From positions 32,001 through 96,000 of IMG/VR virus record IMGVR_UViG_3300002026_000015: a stretch of DNA of 64,000 bases, one strand, 5' to 3'. Source of the stretch: a virus. This document shows, one piece after another, positions 1-10,703 of this stretch (the first letter of the stretch is position 1; the number at the start of each line of letters is the position of its first letter). The notes below the pieces were generated by a model. The model searched no databases. It worked only from the letters and a program-made list of their open reading frames with translations, and was not told the DNA's origin. A program made the translations under genes and the position numbers.

Positions 1-31
1 CTATATCCTGACATTATCGGAAAGGAATAAC

Positions 32-1207
32 ATGAGTCGCTTTACAATATCCCTACACGGGTTTGGTAATGATGAAAAGAATCTGTTTGGTATGCTTGAT
101 CGCGATAGATTTGTATTCGTAGAAGATGAATTTCATATCTGCGGAAATAAAGTTATCAGTTCGGCAGATGTAATTGTTTCAAGAAATTTCGATTCTCGTA
201 TTTGGAATAATCTCAAGTTTATTGGTTCAGCTAGAGCTATCGGTCTACCATTCATGGGTAAACCTATACAGAATCTTACTCTTAAGAAACTGAAGATAAA
301 TACTCCCAGAATGATAGCATCTCTTGTAACAACAAATAATCAATACGGGAATGCTGCAACATTGATGTACCTTGGAAATAAGATTGGAATTGATAATGAA
401 AATCGCGAATTCATTTTCAAATCAAACTTTGCAGCAAGAGGTGTTAATCAGTTCAAGGTTAAACTCAAGGATATAGGTAGATTGAATGATGCTTATGCTC
501 AGAGAATCATCGAAGATCCTTTCAGTGTAAAATTGTATAGTGAAGCTCTACCAAAAGGAAGTGTTCATCATCACGATTTCCTTTCTAAAGCAACTGAACC
601 TGCTATAGATGTTGGATCAGAGAATAATGTACAACCAGAAGTTTCGGAAGAATCTGCTAAAATCGAGAGATATCGTAAAATATGGGATCAAACTTCTATT
701 AACGATATAACTCAATGGCATTTGTCTGAAAATCTTGACGATGTATATCATAAAGATTATGATCCAATTGCAGAGATTTTTCGTAAAGAATACCGGATGG
801 TATTGTTTTACGACGATAAAGATCCTGTAGTCATTAAGCGTGAGCGGAATGATGAAAAATGTGATTGGCAGTTCAATGAAGAAGATGAAGATGTAACATC
901 AGCTTTCAAGTACAATTCATGTCCTTCTGAAGTTCAAAATATCATTGACAAGTTTACAAAATATATGAGAGAAGAGAGAATTCCTTTCTTATCGATAGAT
1001 TTGTATCTTATCTGTAAACGGTATAATGAACCCGGTTTCATGGATCTCGAAGGAGAATCTATCATTGAAGCTGGAGTATTTGAATTTCAAATGGAAATGG
1101 GATATTCAAGACATACCACTCTTAATGGATTGGTATCGAAAATGAATAAATCGATGTTTAGACTTATTGAAAACGTTTTATTAGAGGAGAGAAAAAATGG
1201 CTTTTAA
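32..1207 (+). CDS. ATP-grasp fold protein (RimK/glutathione synthetase-like ligase)
   Basis: Motifs in ATP-grasp order: FIFKSNFAARGVNQFKV, KEYRMVLFY, FLSIDLY, GVFEFQ; RBS aaagga upstream. Confidence 0.6.
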   Translation: MSRFTISLHGFGNDEKNLFGMLDRDRFVFVEDEFHICGNKVISSADVIVSRNFDSRIWNNLKFIGSARAIGLPFMGKPIQNLTLKKLKINTPRMIASLVTTNNQYGNAATLMYLGNKIGIDNENREFIFKSNFAARGVNQFKVKLKDIGRLNDAYAQRIIEDPFSVKLYSEALPKGSVHHHDFLSKATEPAIDVGSENNVQPEVSEESAKIERYRKIWDQTSINDITQWHLSENLDDVYHKDYDPIAEIFRKEYRMVLFYDDKDPVVIKRERNDEKCDWQFNEEDEDVTSAFKYNSCPSEVQNIIDKFTKYMREERIPFLSIDLYLICKRYNEPGFMDLEGESIIEAGVFEFQMEMGYSRHTTLNGLVSKMNKSMFRLIENVLLEERKNGF

Positions 1208-1748
1208 AGTAACAGAATGGATAGACCATTGGCAGAAATCTATTGGAACTGGTGTCGATATTAAAGATGCAATCGTTGAAGTTACTGGCCAGCAGCAGGT
1301 TGCAGATGATCCTGTAAAGCTTGATATCATCGTTGCAATGAAAGGTTCTTCAATTGAAGAGTTTGCAAAATCTATGGGCGATGGTTGTGTTATAGCTATG
1401 AATCGTGCAGAGATAATCGGTTTGAAGCTTACACCATCAATATTGATGGCAATTGCATGTAATTGTGAAAATCCTGGTAAAGTTGTATTACTTGTAACGG
1501 CGATTCGATTGTTCTGGAATAGAATGAACCCATTCAGCCCAGATGAGCCAACTGAAGTTGACGCAAATTGGTTCTTTACAGTATTTAACATACTCCCAAA
1601 TGACAAAAGTCTTCAGGAGTTATGGGAAATGCAAAAGTGTACAAATGAGAAACGCAGTTCGTTCAGCTCAGACAACTGGTTCGACCGTCCAAGTCTGTTT
1701 ATTCTCCATGATGGAAAATCTGAGACTATCGAATTTATTGATGATTAA
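1197..1748 (+). CDS. hypothetical protein
   Basis: 183-aa ORF overlapping the upstream stop, strong RBS gaggag, followed by a terminator hairpin. Confidence 0.7.
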   Translation: MAFKVTEWIDHWQKSIGTGVDIKDAIVEVTGQQQVADDPVKLDIIVAMKGSSIEEFAKSMGDGCVIAMNRAEIIGLKLTPSILMAIACNCENPGKVVLLVTAIRLFWNRMNPFSPDEPTEVDANWFFTVFNILPNDKSLQELWEMQKCTNEKRSSFSSDNWFDRPSLFILHDGKSETIEFIDD

Positions 1749-1803
1749 ATAGTAATGGGTAGGGAATATCTCCCTACCCTTCTTTAAATGTAAGGATTAT
1801 CAA

Positions 1804-2370
1804 TTGTTAAGAAATATAATTGACAGATTAATATCATGGTATACTGTCAGAAAATGTAGAGTCGGCGATGTTATCGTCATCGAAAGTAAACTTCTCAAAA
1901 CTTTCAGCTATGTGTTTATAACAAATATACATGGAGATGGAATTTCAGGTTATGAAGTAAATGTTGGATGTAATACATTGAATGCTGTCACGCGAAGTGT
2001 TGGCGATTACACAGAACCAGAATATGCTCCACGTATAACTAATGGTTCAAATGTCATACGTATTTTGGATATACAAGTTCCTTTGAGAAAAGAACTTGTT
2101 GAAGAAATACTATTGTTTGACGCTAAAAATAGCGTTAAACGTATGATATACCGTGTACAACTCCTTAAAGAATGTATAACCGCTAACGGTAAAGTACTCA
2201 ATGATCATCATTCTATAACCGAGTTTAAGAATGTTTTCCAATTCCTTAAACCTATAGAACATTTTGGAAATCTCGACAAAGCTATGATTTCTTTAAACAT
2301 CGCGATAACTGTGACGAAACTTGATATCCTTGAAAAAGCGGTTAGATCATTTACAACGGATGATATATGA
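1804..2370 (+). CDS. hypothetical protein
   Basis: 188-aa ORF, TTG start after aagga; first of a + strand run. Confidence 0.6.
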   Translation: MLRNIIDRLISWYTVRKCRVGDVIVIESKLLKTFSYVFITNIHGDGISGYEVNVGCNTLNAVTRSVGDYTEPEYAPRITNGSNVIRILDIQVPLRKELVEEILLFDAKNSVKRMIYRVQLLKECITANGKVLNDHHSITEFKNVFQFLKPIEHFGNLDKAMISLNIAITVTKLDILEKAVRSFTTDDI

Positions 2371-2858
2371 AATATAAAGTAAATAAGCGCAATGGGCGAC
2401 CAATGTCCAGACATGAACGGTTGGAAAAACATATGCGTAAGCAGAGAGAGTATTTCCAACCAATCTACGAGCGTCAGAACTTTAAGAAGTATGCAGATCT
2501 TCTTGGAATTAAATTGTTAACTGTAAACTTCAAGTCGAAAGAATGGAGTAATAATACATTTTCCAAGAATATAACCTTGGTAAATCAAATTATTACAAAA
2601 GGAGTTACTTACGATAGTGATATGATACTTGTAAGAACTCTTGACAAATTCTACTACGTTCATAAATGTAGATGGTTTATCCCAGATGGGATTCCATACA
2701 CAAACAGTGAAATAACTGAAATTATGAAAATGATGTATGATAAGGCTACATCTACCGAAGTTCCAAAGAGTTGGTTATTTCAACCATATTCTGAAGAGTT
2801 TAGTGAAAGCTCAAGACACAATACTGAAGAGTTGCGTGCGTTTATAAACGCTGAATAA
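2367..2858 (+). CDS. hypothetical protein
   Basis: 163-aa ORF with ATGA overlap with upstream gene. Confidence 0.65.
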   Translation: MKYKVNKRNGRPMSRHERLEKHMRKQREYFQPIYERQNFKKYADLLGIKLLTVNFKSKEWSNNTFSKNITLVNQIITKGVTYDSDMILVRTLDKFYYVHKCRWFIPDGIPYTNSEITEIMKMMYDKATSTEVPKSWLFQPYSEEFSESSRHNTEELRAFINAE

Positions 2859-2868
2859 AGAGGATATT

Positions 2869-3120
2869 ATGGGAATGTCAGATTGTCCTAAGTGTTGGGA
2901 AACTCCTTGCGTATGCGGTTATGGGTATAGAGATTGGGATAGGACTCGTATCCAGAACCAAATAAAAATGTTACAAGGTATATTGGATAGTAGAGAAGTT
3001 AAAGATCCTACTCCTCCAAAACCTGTAATATCGCATATTCCTAAAGAGCTTAAAGCTAAAATGTCTACACCATATGGTTCATTTGAGGATAATTTAAACA
3101 AAGTGTTTTATAACAAATAA
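2869..3120 (+). CDS. small protein with N-terminal Cys cluster (possible Zn binding)
   Basis: CPKCWETPCVCG; RBS agagga; followed by a bidirectional hairpin at ~3123-3147. Confidence 0.6.
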   Translation: MGMSDCPKCWETPCVCGYGYRDWDRTRIQNQIKMLQGILDSREVKDPTPPKPVISHIPKELKAKMSTPYGSFEDNLNKVFYNK

Positions 3121-3168
3121 GAAGGAGGGCGATTAAGCCCTCCAACTTATTTTTTTTGTAGATCTATA

Positions 3169-4995
3169 TTAGATCATCGCGTCCTGTTTGGCAACGATTT
3201 CACTGTAAAGATTAACAGGGTTGGTAAGATTGATCTTAACCGCAACAAGAGACAGGATATCCCAAGTATCATGGAACCAATACTGAATAGCATCGATACC
3301 AAGGTTACGAGGATCGCGGCTCTTAACGATACGGAAATCGAATCCGTGATATACACCAGTAGGCTGAACCTTAGGAGTATTAGAACGGAGGAAACCATAT
3401 ACTGGACGGTTAGCCCAACGTTTGTCCGAAGACCCGATGAACTTAACGCGCTGACCGAAGTTGTCAGAATATGCGAAAGTAGTCATCTTTTTGAATCCGA
3501 AACGAGATTCACCAGAAGCTTCACCAGATTCAGTATTATATTTAGTGTCAACGAAACGTTTAACGTCACGCTGATAACCAACGAATACCCATTCACGGTC
3601 TGCTTCTTGAGAGATCAATGTATCGGTTTCAGCAAGGATAAGCATGTTAGACAGCGTGTCCTTGATTCCTTCTTCGATCCAGCTAAGTGGACGTTCGCCA
3701 CCGATACCACGGAGTGTAAGGTCGATGTTCTGTTCCATTACGAAACCACCGAGTTTACGTGTCGCGATATAACGGTTAAGGAGGGCAGGGTTAGAAATAC
3801 ACTGATTAATATTGTTAATCATATGTTTTTCCATATCGTTATCATTTGTACCGGCAAGAATTGTTGAGAATTCATTTGATACATATTTAACGATGTCAGC
3901 ATTACCTGTACCAACCGCTGTGAACTCATCCATAACAGTATCCATTGCGAGAGGCAAAGACATTGTTTTACGAGGATTCGCAACGATACGAGCAGTAATC
4001 ACATCACGACCGTGACGGACAGTAGCTGCCTGGTTTGTTGGGTTAAGGAATGCGATATCAAAAGTGAAACCTTTGATACGGCCGGTTGAACACGCTGTAG
4101 CACGATATTCGCCCGAGTCACGGTTTACATAGACGGTGAAGAAATCTTCAACTACTGAGTTATCAGCAAGTGTAAGATGAACTTCAACACCAACGTGACG
4201 TACAGAAACAACGTCTCCACCGAAGCCTTTTACTTCAGCACGAGCAGCAACGATCATTTCTTTATAAGCGAGAGGATCTGTGCCGTTACCCGCAACTGTA
4301 TCGTCATAAACGATAGAGTCAACACGGATGTCTTCAGCAAGTGCCCAGTCACGAAGATCTTTACCAGATTCAGTGATTGCATTACCCTTTGAACCGAGTT
4401 TTGCAAAACCTTTTGAACTGATTTTCATAACGTGAGTTGCGCCAGCGTTACCAGCGGTGTCCAGAAGAGTTACATGCTGCGCATTAAGCATACCAGAGAT
4501 GGAACCATCACGGATAGCCTGTGGAAGCATCTTACGGTCTGCAGGATTGGTAGAGTTACTATCAATTGCGTACGCAAGTTCAAACTGGATAGGGAATTCG
4601 CGTTTGTCATGATCCAAAGGTTTATAAACGTCAAGCATAAGTGCTTTAGCGTTATATCCAAGGATTGTTGCAGGCGCGAAACAGTCAAGTGCACCAACGT
4701 TGGTACCTGGCTGAGTTGTATGGTCGAAACCTTCTTCAGAACGAAGCAATGAAGCTGCAGATCCTGTAGAGTGGGTTTTCATTGAATTTTTAATCTGTCC
4801 GCTAATCAAACTACGAACGCTCTCTTCAGACACATCTGCAAGGAGCACATCGAGGTATGACTCTGTTGCTACAGCATCGCCGAAAATTCGACTAAGGTTT
4901 TCGTTTTTGAACGGGTCAAAACGATACTCAGATTCGAAAGTCTGACGGAGCTGATCGATGCGACCATTAATCGGCTGATCAACAATCTTTGCCAT
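3169..4995 (-). CDS. major capsid protein (T4 gp23/HK97-fold-like)
   Basis: 608 aa, strongly biased codons, RBS aggagga. Segments GALDCFAPATILGYNAKALMLDVYKP and PRKTMSLPLAMDTVMDEFTAVG..DIVKYVSNEFSTILA parallel T4 gp23. Possible propeptide cleavage at RSEE/G. Divergent from the prohead protease gene. Confidence 0.7.
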   Translation of the reverse strand: MAKIVDQPINGRIDQLRQTFESEYRFDPFKNENLSRIFGDAVATESYLDVLLADVSEESVRSLISGQIKNSMKTHSTGSAASLLRSEEGFDHTTQPGTNVGALDCFAPATILGYNAKALMLDVYKPLDHDKREFPIQFELAYAIDSNSTNPADRKMLPQAIRDGSISGMLNAQHVTLLDTAGNAGATHVMKISSKGFAKLGSKGNAITESGKDLRDWALAEDIRVDSIVYDDTVAGNGTDPLAYKEMIVAARAEVKGFGGDVVSVRHVGVEVHLTLADNSVVEDFFTVYVNRDSGEYRATACSTGRIKGFTFDIAFLNPTNQAATVRHGRDVITARIVANPRKTMSLPLAMDTVMDEFTAVGTGNADIVKYVSNEFSTILAGTNDNDMEKHMINNINQCISNPALLNRYIATRKLGGFVMEQNIDLTLRGIGGERPLSWIEEGIKDTLSNMLILAETDTLISQEADREWVFVGYQRDVKRFVDTKYNTESGEASGESRFGFKKMTTFAYSDNFGQRVKFIGSSDKRWANRPVYGFLRSNTPKVQPTGVYHGFDFRIVKSRDPRNLGIDAIQYWFHDTWDILSLVAVKINLTNPVNLYSEIVAKQDAMI

Positions 4996-5019
4996 CGTAT
5001 TCCTCCTAAAAATTTTTAC

Positions 5020-5760
5020 TTATTTACCAATGATTCCAGCAAAAGCTTTTACGCATATAGCATATCTGAGAAGAATTACATCCACATCTTTCACTTTATT
5101 GACGGATTCATTGATAAGACGAACGCTATCTAGCAACTTTCCCAACGCTTCCAACTTGACGGGTTTTCTAACGAAGTTCGGTCCATTTGCTATTTTGTCC
5201 ATACTATCTTTGATAGCATCATATAATTGCAAGAGTTTCTCTGATATCAATACGCGACGGTTATAACTAAGGTGAGGATCCACTGCTGGATCATCAACAC
5301 TCTGATCCGACGTATCATCAGAAGAAGTATCATCTGTAGCACCCTCTGAACCATCGTTAGATGAGTCATCAGAAGTTCCGTCAGAGTTATCTCCCTCAGC
5401 TATACCGTCGGCGTTATCAGTTTCGCCAGTTTCATCACTACTGTTATTTGGATTGGGTTGGTCTACACCACTTTGACTTTGATCATTCGGAGCGTTGTCT
5501 TCCTGATCACCGTCCATAGGTGTACCAGTATCTCCACTCGTAGCAATGTCACCAAGCGCCTCTAATCCACTAATTTGTTCTTTTTTATTGATATTGCTCT
5601 GAATATCAAGATTACCTTGTCCAAGAATCAAAAGCCAATCTATGTTGCCAGTTTTAGTGACATCTCTCATTTCACCATTTGAATGAGAGACGCCATCTAA
5701 ACCAACTTCACCGACTCTTGTACTGGCAGGTTTTCTGTAAAACATTCCAACGTTTTCCAT
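5020..5760 (-). CDS. putative head/scaffold-associated protein with acidic low-complexity region
   Basis: Directly upstream of the capsid gene; SGLE/A site followed by a D/S/N-rich tract and a helical C-terminus. Confidence 0.5.
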   Translation of the reverse strand: MENVGMFYRKPASTRVGEVGLDGVSHSNGEMRDVTKTGNIDWLLILGQGNLDIQSNINKKEQISGLEALGDIATSGDTGTPMDGDQEDNAPNDQSQSGVDQPNPNNSSDETGETDNADGIAEGDNSDGTSDDSSNDGSEGATDDTSSDDTSDQSVDDPAVDPHLSYNRRVLISEKLLQLYDAIKDSMDKIANGPNFVRKPVKLEALGKLLDSVRLINESVNKVKDVDVILLRYAICVKAFAGIIGK

Positions 5761-5778
5761 TTAACCTATCCTCCAAAC

Positions 5779-7590
5779 TTATCTAATGATATAGATAAGT
5801 TCCGCATTTGTAAGGTCTTTAAGAACTGCAGCAACTTTTGTTGCAGTTTCACCAGAAAGAACGTTATCTGAAAAATCTTTATTTGAAATTACATCAAATA
5901 TCGACCGAGGATCTACTTCAGTTTTATCCGAGATAGTCCCATCAATAAGATTGAGTTTACGAAGTTTTTCAAAATCGATATCAGTCTTATTGTTTTCAAG
6001 ATACATTACCATTTCACGATCTTTGATAGCCCCAATCGTTACAAGATATGGAAGTTTACCAACAGTATACGCATTGACAGCATCTTCGATAGATTCAAAA
6101 TGGAAACCATCAGTTCCAAGTCTTTCAGTTTTACGATAGAAGTTTGACAAACTTTCATCTTCACCTTTGACGAACGAGAACTCATACGCTTCACAATATC
6201 TTGCATTGAACTGGGTAAGGATTTCTCTCACTTTTTCGTAAGCCATAGACCATTTCAAAGAGTTGATATTACGCACTTCTTTACGAGTAGTTCCTCTTGA
6301 AATCTCAACTTCTACACACAAATCATCAACTCCGACAATTTTAAGAGGAGTTGCGAGATTTGACCAGAACTTATACGCATTTGAAATAAGTCTTTCAATG
6401 TATTTGAGCATGTAGAAATCTTTAACAAACTTCTCACTGTTAGATTCTTTAAGGTTTCTACCAATAAGAATCGCTTTCTTGATAGCTCTTTCATACGCAT
6501 GACAGTCCACAACCGAACGATATTCCTTAAGATTTGCCCAATCAAGATTGATTTCTTCTTCAGGATTTGAAACGTCAAGTCTTGTATTCAGGTAAGATTT
6601 ATACGGTTTACTACCATAAATAAATTTTACATACATTTTACGGAGGTCATATGGATGATCTCCTACGTACAAAGGACTTGCAGGTCTATGAAGTTCACGA
6701 ACCATAAGCATTGCGGCACTATTCATATCATATTTTTCATCAATGATATCGTCATAAATTGACTCAGGAGTCTCTTTATACTCAGTGTTGAATAGATCCT
6801 GGACAGCTTTACCGATTGAATAGAATACATTATGGAAACGGTTGTCGAATGTTTTACCAATTGAAACTTCAAGATGAGAGATAATTGAGTAATACATGTC
6901 GGCAAATTTACCAAATGCAGAGAATTTATTTGCATCCGGGATGATTTTTTCAATTTCAGACAGAAGTTTCTTTCCATCTTTATTTGAACTATCTTCACCG
7001 TATTCAAAGAACTCTTTAAAAGCGGTATCTTCCATATTATTCATCGCAAAACCGAGCATTACATAATACAATGCTGTCGCCATAATAGGGAAAAGCTCCG
7101 CATGATTACACGAACGGATATCATTCTCGAAGTATGGTGTAACGAAAAGTACTGGAGATACCGTATCATCGATTTGATCTTTAGCAAAGTCTTTAGATAC
7201 TTTTGCGTTAAGGCTATATGCGATATCGTTGAGATATGACATAATCCCTTTGATTTCACCGATAGTTACAGCATCATATTTGTCAACTTCAACTCCAATA
7301 AACCCTGCAACAAGGTTTGTAAGAATCAAACGACCAGTATTGTAGAAGATTATAGAGTGATCTTCTTTGTAGTTTGTGATCTTATCATCAGATTTAGTAT
7401 GAATGATTTCACTGATTTTACGGACACGATCCACATTCCAGAATTCATAGATTTTAAAATCTTTGTGCATAGGTCTCTCAGGATCATAGCCGAATTCTTC
7501 ATGAAACCTTGTATACATGAATGCCGTAGCTATATCAAGAGGCTTATCGAATCCAAGTTTAGATCCATCCATTGAATCAAATCTTGACAT
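5779..7590 (-). CDS. hypothetical protein (head operon, late)
   Basis: 603-aa ORF, RBS gggagag, first gene behind the late promoter at 7625-7636. Confidence 0.65.
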   Translation of the reverse strand: MSRFDSMDGSKLGFDKPLDIATAFMYTRFHEEFGYDPERPMHKDFKIYEFWNVDRVRKISEIIHTKSDDKITNYKEDHSIIFYNTGRLILTNLVAGFIGVEVDKYDAVTIGEIKGIMSYLNDIAYSLNAKVSKDFAKDQIDDTVSPVLFVTPYFENDIRSCNHAELFPIMATALYYVMLGFAMNNMEDTAFKEFFEYGEDSSNKDGKKLLSEIEKIIPDANKFSAFGKFADMYYSIISHLEVSIGKTFDNRFHNVFYSIGKAVQDLFNTEYKETPESIYDDIIDEKYDMNSAAMLMVRELHRPASPLYVGDHPYDLRKMYVKFIYGSKPYKSYLNTRLDVSNPEEEINLDWANLKEYRSVVDCHAYERAIKKAILIGRNLKESNSEKFVKDFYMLKYIERLISNAYKFWSNLATPLKIVGVDDLCVEVEISRGTTRKEVRNINSLKWSMAYEKVREILTQFNARYCEAYEFSFVKGEDESLSNFYRKTERLGTDGFHFESIEDAVNAYTVGKLPYLVTIGAIKDREMVMYLENNKTDIDFEKLRKLNLIDGTISDKTEVDPRSIFDVISNKDFSDNVLSGETATKVAAVLKDLTNAELIYIIR

Positions 7591-7624
7591 AACACTCTCC
7601 CATATAAAAGTAAGTTTATTAACA

Positions 7625-7670
7625 CATTACTATGTTTTAGTCGATTAGACTATTGTTGAACATTCTATTG
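7625..7670. promoter_or_regulatory. divergent pair of late-type promoters (AACA-N6-TG)
   Basis: Minus strand AACATAGTAATG (7636-7625) towards the capsid operon; plus strand AACATTCTATTG (7659-7670) towards the protease. Confidence 0.7.
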
Positions 7671-7720
7671 TAAATAATCATACCGTATTGGTATAAAAAT
7701 TCAAAAAAATGGAGAGTAAA

Positions 7721-8590
7721 ATGGCAACTGCGACACCGCTTCTAGACCTTAGAAAGCCAGTTCTCCTTACAATGGAAAGTTTCGCTCACCTTAAAATGGC
7801 CGACCTTGTAAGTGATGATGGTTCAGTGTTCGATATGTGTCTTATCAATTGCGATATTATCTCACGAAATCGCACAATGTATCCTCTTGAAGATATCGTA
7901 AATTCTATGAATGACCGTCGTGTTCAGGAAAGAATTGAAAATAAATGCTTCTATGGAGAAGCTGAACACCCATGCTCTGATACAGAAGAACCTCTTCCAC
8001 TCAAACGTATGATGCGCGTTGAACCATCTCGTTGGGTATGGAGAATTGACAACTGGAGAGTTCAAGGTTCTGACATTATGGGAACTGTTACATGGGCTGG
8101 TAAATACGGTGAAATGTATCAGAAAGAACTTCTCAGAGGTACGAACTTTGCAGCATCTATCCGTGCATATACTCCAAACTATGTGGAAAAAGATGATGCG
8201 AACGGTAAATATGTTATCAAAAAACATCTTATGTTTATTGCTTCATATGACTGTGTAACGGTTCCTGGTCTCGAAGGTGCTCGTATCATGAATCCTGGAA
8301 AATACGCTTCTCTTACAAGAAATGACAAACTTACCGTTAGACAGTATGGTGACAAACTTGTAAAATCGAATGAAGCATTCTCTGAAATCGCATATAGCAA
8401 TGTAATTGCCGAACTTCGCGATATGATGACTTCTCAGGAATCTGCTAAAATGGTTTCAGATATGTTTGGAATTGATGCAGCTAATGCAGACATGTTCCTT
8501 CGTTCAGATAACGTTCTTTCCGTAAGATCTTCTGAAGGTCAGTTGCTTGATCTTCCACTCTCGAGAACACTCCTTAGTACAATCCTCTAG
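7721..8590 (+). CDS. prohead (capsid maturation) protease, T4 gp21-like
   Basis: SRNRTMYP, FYGEAEHP, AASIRA (catalytic Ser), SYDCVTVPG match the gp21 family; GGAG RBS favours start 7721. Confidence 0.85.
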   Translation: MATATPLLDLRKPVLLTMESFAHLKMADLVSDDGSVFDMCLINCDIISRNRTMYPLEDIVNSMNDRRVQERIENKCFYGEAEHPCSDTEEPLPLKRMMRVEPSRWVWRIDNWRVQGSDIMGTVTWAGKYGEMYQKELLRGTNFAASIRAYTPNYVEKDDANGKYVIKKHLMFIASYDCVTVPGLEGARIMNPGKYASLTRNDKLTVRQYGDKLVKSNEAFSEIAYSNVIAELRDMMTSQESAKMVSDMFGIDAANADMFLRSDNVLSVRSSEGQLLDLPLSRTLLSTIL

Positions 8591-8599
8591 GAGGCATAG

Positions 8600-9331
8600 A
8601 TGCTATCAATGCAAATTCTCGTTGCAAGAATGAGAAGAAGATTGCCAAAACCGGTATTTAATGCGGTTGATTTAGATTTCTTTATGGATATCTTATTTGG
8701 AGAAACTCTTGCGGCGATGTCAGCATATTATCCTAGAGTTGTTAAGGGTATACGAGTTACTAGTAATATGGCACTACCGGTAACAGATAGTGATAATTTA
8801 CTGAATTTATCATCTAAATACATCATTCCGATGGTAGATGATTTATATCCGTATACCGCTATCTCTGAGTTCCTCTATCCAAGAAACTTCTTGGGTGGAG
8901 GAACCTTTAGTAATCCTGGAGTAATTGATGCTGTAATATCTACTGTAACAAGTTCTATGAATAGAGCTGAAGTTCGTTTCACTGGAAACTTTGAAGGTCC
9001 AAATATAATTGAAGTTGTTCCGGCACCTAGAGTTCACCAAGATTTCAATGTTTCTCTTTACAGAGTCCCCAGACTCTCCGAGATAAGAACCGGTTATCAT
9101 GAAAACTTTATAAAGTTATTTGAAGCTGATTGTAAGATTGCCCTTTATTATAAATTTTATCAACTTGAAGGTGGCGGCACTTTTGGCGGTATAGAACTCA
9201 AAGATTTTGTCTCAGATTTCAAAGATTATGAAAGTAAACGCGACGATCTTCTCGAAATGTTCGAGAAGGATTATTTCAAAGATCCTGATCGATATGAGGA
9301 AATCTGGAATTATTCAAATTTGAAAGCTTAG
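8600..9331 (+). CDS. putative virion structural protein (neck/head-completion-like)
   Basis: 243 aa co-transcribed with the protease; C-terminal GTFGGIEL..D..YE.KRDDLLE resembles neck proteins; weak assignment. Confidence 0.4.
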   Translation: MLSMQILVARMRRRLPKPVFNAVDLDFFMDILFGETLAAMSAYYPRVVKGIRVTSNMALPVTDSDNLLNLSSKYIIPMVDDLYPYTAISEFLYPRNFLGGGTFSNPGVIDAVISTVTSSMNRAEVRFTGNFEGPNIIEVVPAPRVHQDFNVSLYRVPRLSEIRTGYHENFIKLFEADCKIALYYKFYQLEGGGTFGGIELKDFVSDFKDYESKRDDLLEMFEKDYFKDPDRYEEIWNYSNLKA

Positions 9332-9345
9332 AACCATAGAAAAAA

Positions 9346-9373
9346 ATAGTAAGGGGATTTCTCCCCTTACTAT
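9346..9373. terminator. bidirectional intrinsic terminator, GGGAGAAATCCC family (minus orientation)
   Basis: atagtaaggggatttctccccttactat between convergent genes. Confidence 0.8.
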
Positions 9374-9391
9374 TTAATTCATTATAAGTAT

Positions 9392-10246
9392 TCATTTATC
9401 TGCGAATTCCCATTTAAACCCACCTGCAGTATTAAAATGTCTAACATTATTACAGCATTTTGAAATAGATGTATTATCTATACCTGTAGCATTAAATGCG
9501 TCATATGATGATTTAAATGTATTAACAACTTCTCCAGTATCTTTGCAGAGTTGATTAACTCTGTAACTCCTACGCTCTATAGCTGTACCATGGTTTACAT
9601 TATGGGTTTGAGTACACCATTCTAAATTCCAGTAATTATTATCATCCTTTATTTCATTTATATGATTAATAATATTATTTATTTCATTATATCCATTGAC
9701 AAAATATTTTCCGACTAGACGATGAACCTTCAGTGTAGTAGTTAAAATATCAATATTTTGGTAACCCTTATTGTTACAATAAGGTTTCAATAATTTCCAG
9801 GAATTAAAATATTTACGTTTAATTCTCCCAAAGTTGGATATATAATAATCTCCATCATGATCGTCGATATGATGCCATATTTCATTTTCAAATAACCCGG
9901 TATAAGGATTTACCTTAATCAAATCAATAACTTGTAGAACTTCAACCTCAGTATCTAAGCACCAGACTTTAACTCCGACAGTTGCTAACTGTATAGGTCC
10001 GTATAGAGATCCTTTCATAAATTGATTTCCAAAAATATCAGTAATAAGCACGTTCTCCAAGTATCGGTAATAGAATCCTTTAACTAAAGATGTTCCATTA
10101 CAAGAAATCCTGATATTTCCGGGAGATCCTCCAGAATCTTCAGACGCTCTTACAGATGAATCGAATATCCCTACTACAAATCCGTCATTAGGATCAATCT
10201 TAACAACGGGTCTCACAAGTTTCATAATATCCTCACATTCATACAT
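9392..10246 (-). mobile_element. free-standing HNH homing endonuclease (NUMOD1-NUMOD4-HNH-NUMOD1)
   Basis: EIWHHIDDHDGDYYISNFGRIK (NUMOD4); VHRLV..INHINEIKDDN.YWNLEWCT..HN (HNH); IDNTSISKCC..AGGFKW (NUMOD1/IENR1). Confidence 0.88.
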
Positions 10247-10334
10247 GTTTATAACTCCCTAAATATTATATATAAACAAAGGATTATATTGAAAAAAAAT
10301 GTTAGAGGGATTTCTCCCTCTAACATTTACGATA

Positions 10335-10703
10335 CTAAGCAGCTTTTTTGGAAGCTTTGATTTCAGAAGCCGAAGGTACTTCAGAGAAATCAACGAGATA
10401 GTTGATAGCATCAGACAGGAATACAGGCCATGCAAATGCCCCGATGTAGTGGCTTGGAGCATTGTATTCAACGCCATCAGAACCGTTTACGCGTTTTTCT
10501 TCTTCAACCCATTCAAAACCAAATGTACCGAAGAGAGTTTGGAATTCGACAGATTTCGCAGAAGCATCAGCCTGTTCATGGCACATTTCAACAAGTGTTT
10601 CTTTGTATTTACTGAATACGTTTGCTGCATCACTTGATGGCACGCCGAATTTTTCTTCGAGTTTTGCAAGTTGTTCTTCGAAAGAGATTGTAACTTTAGA
10701 CAT
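10335..10703 (-). CDS. HU/IHF-fold protein, acidic variant
   Basis: Colinear with HU: helix-turn-helix, then VEFQTLFGTFGF..RVNGSDGVEYNAPSH..AF..LSDAIN versus HU VQLIGFGTFEV..GRNPQTGEEIEIPA..PAF..LKDAV; RBS ggagg gives start 10703. Confidence 0.65.
   Translation of the reverse strand: MSKVTISFEEQLAKLEEKFGVPSSDAANVFSKYKETLVEMCHEQADASAKSVEFQTLFGTFGFEWVEEEKRVNGSDGVEYNAPSHYIGAFAWPVFLSDAINYLVDFSEVPSASEIKASKKAA

Noticed and set aside
3271-4752. Several + strand ORFs (up to 198 aa) opposite the capsid gene
   Set aside because: Antisense shadows caused by the codon bias of a highly expressed gene; no RBS or promoter motif
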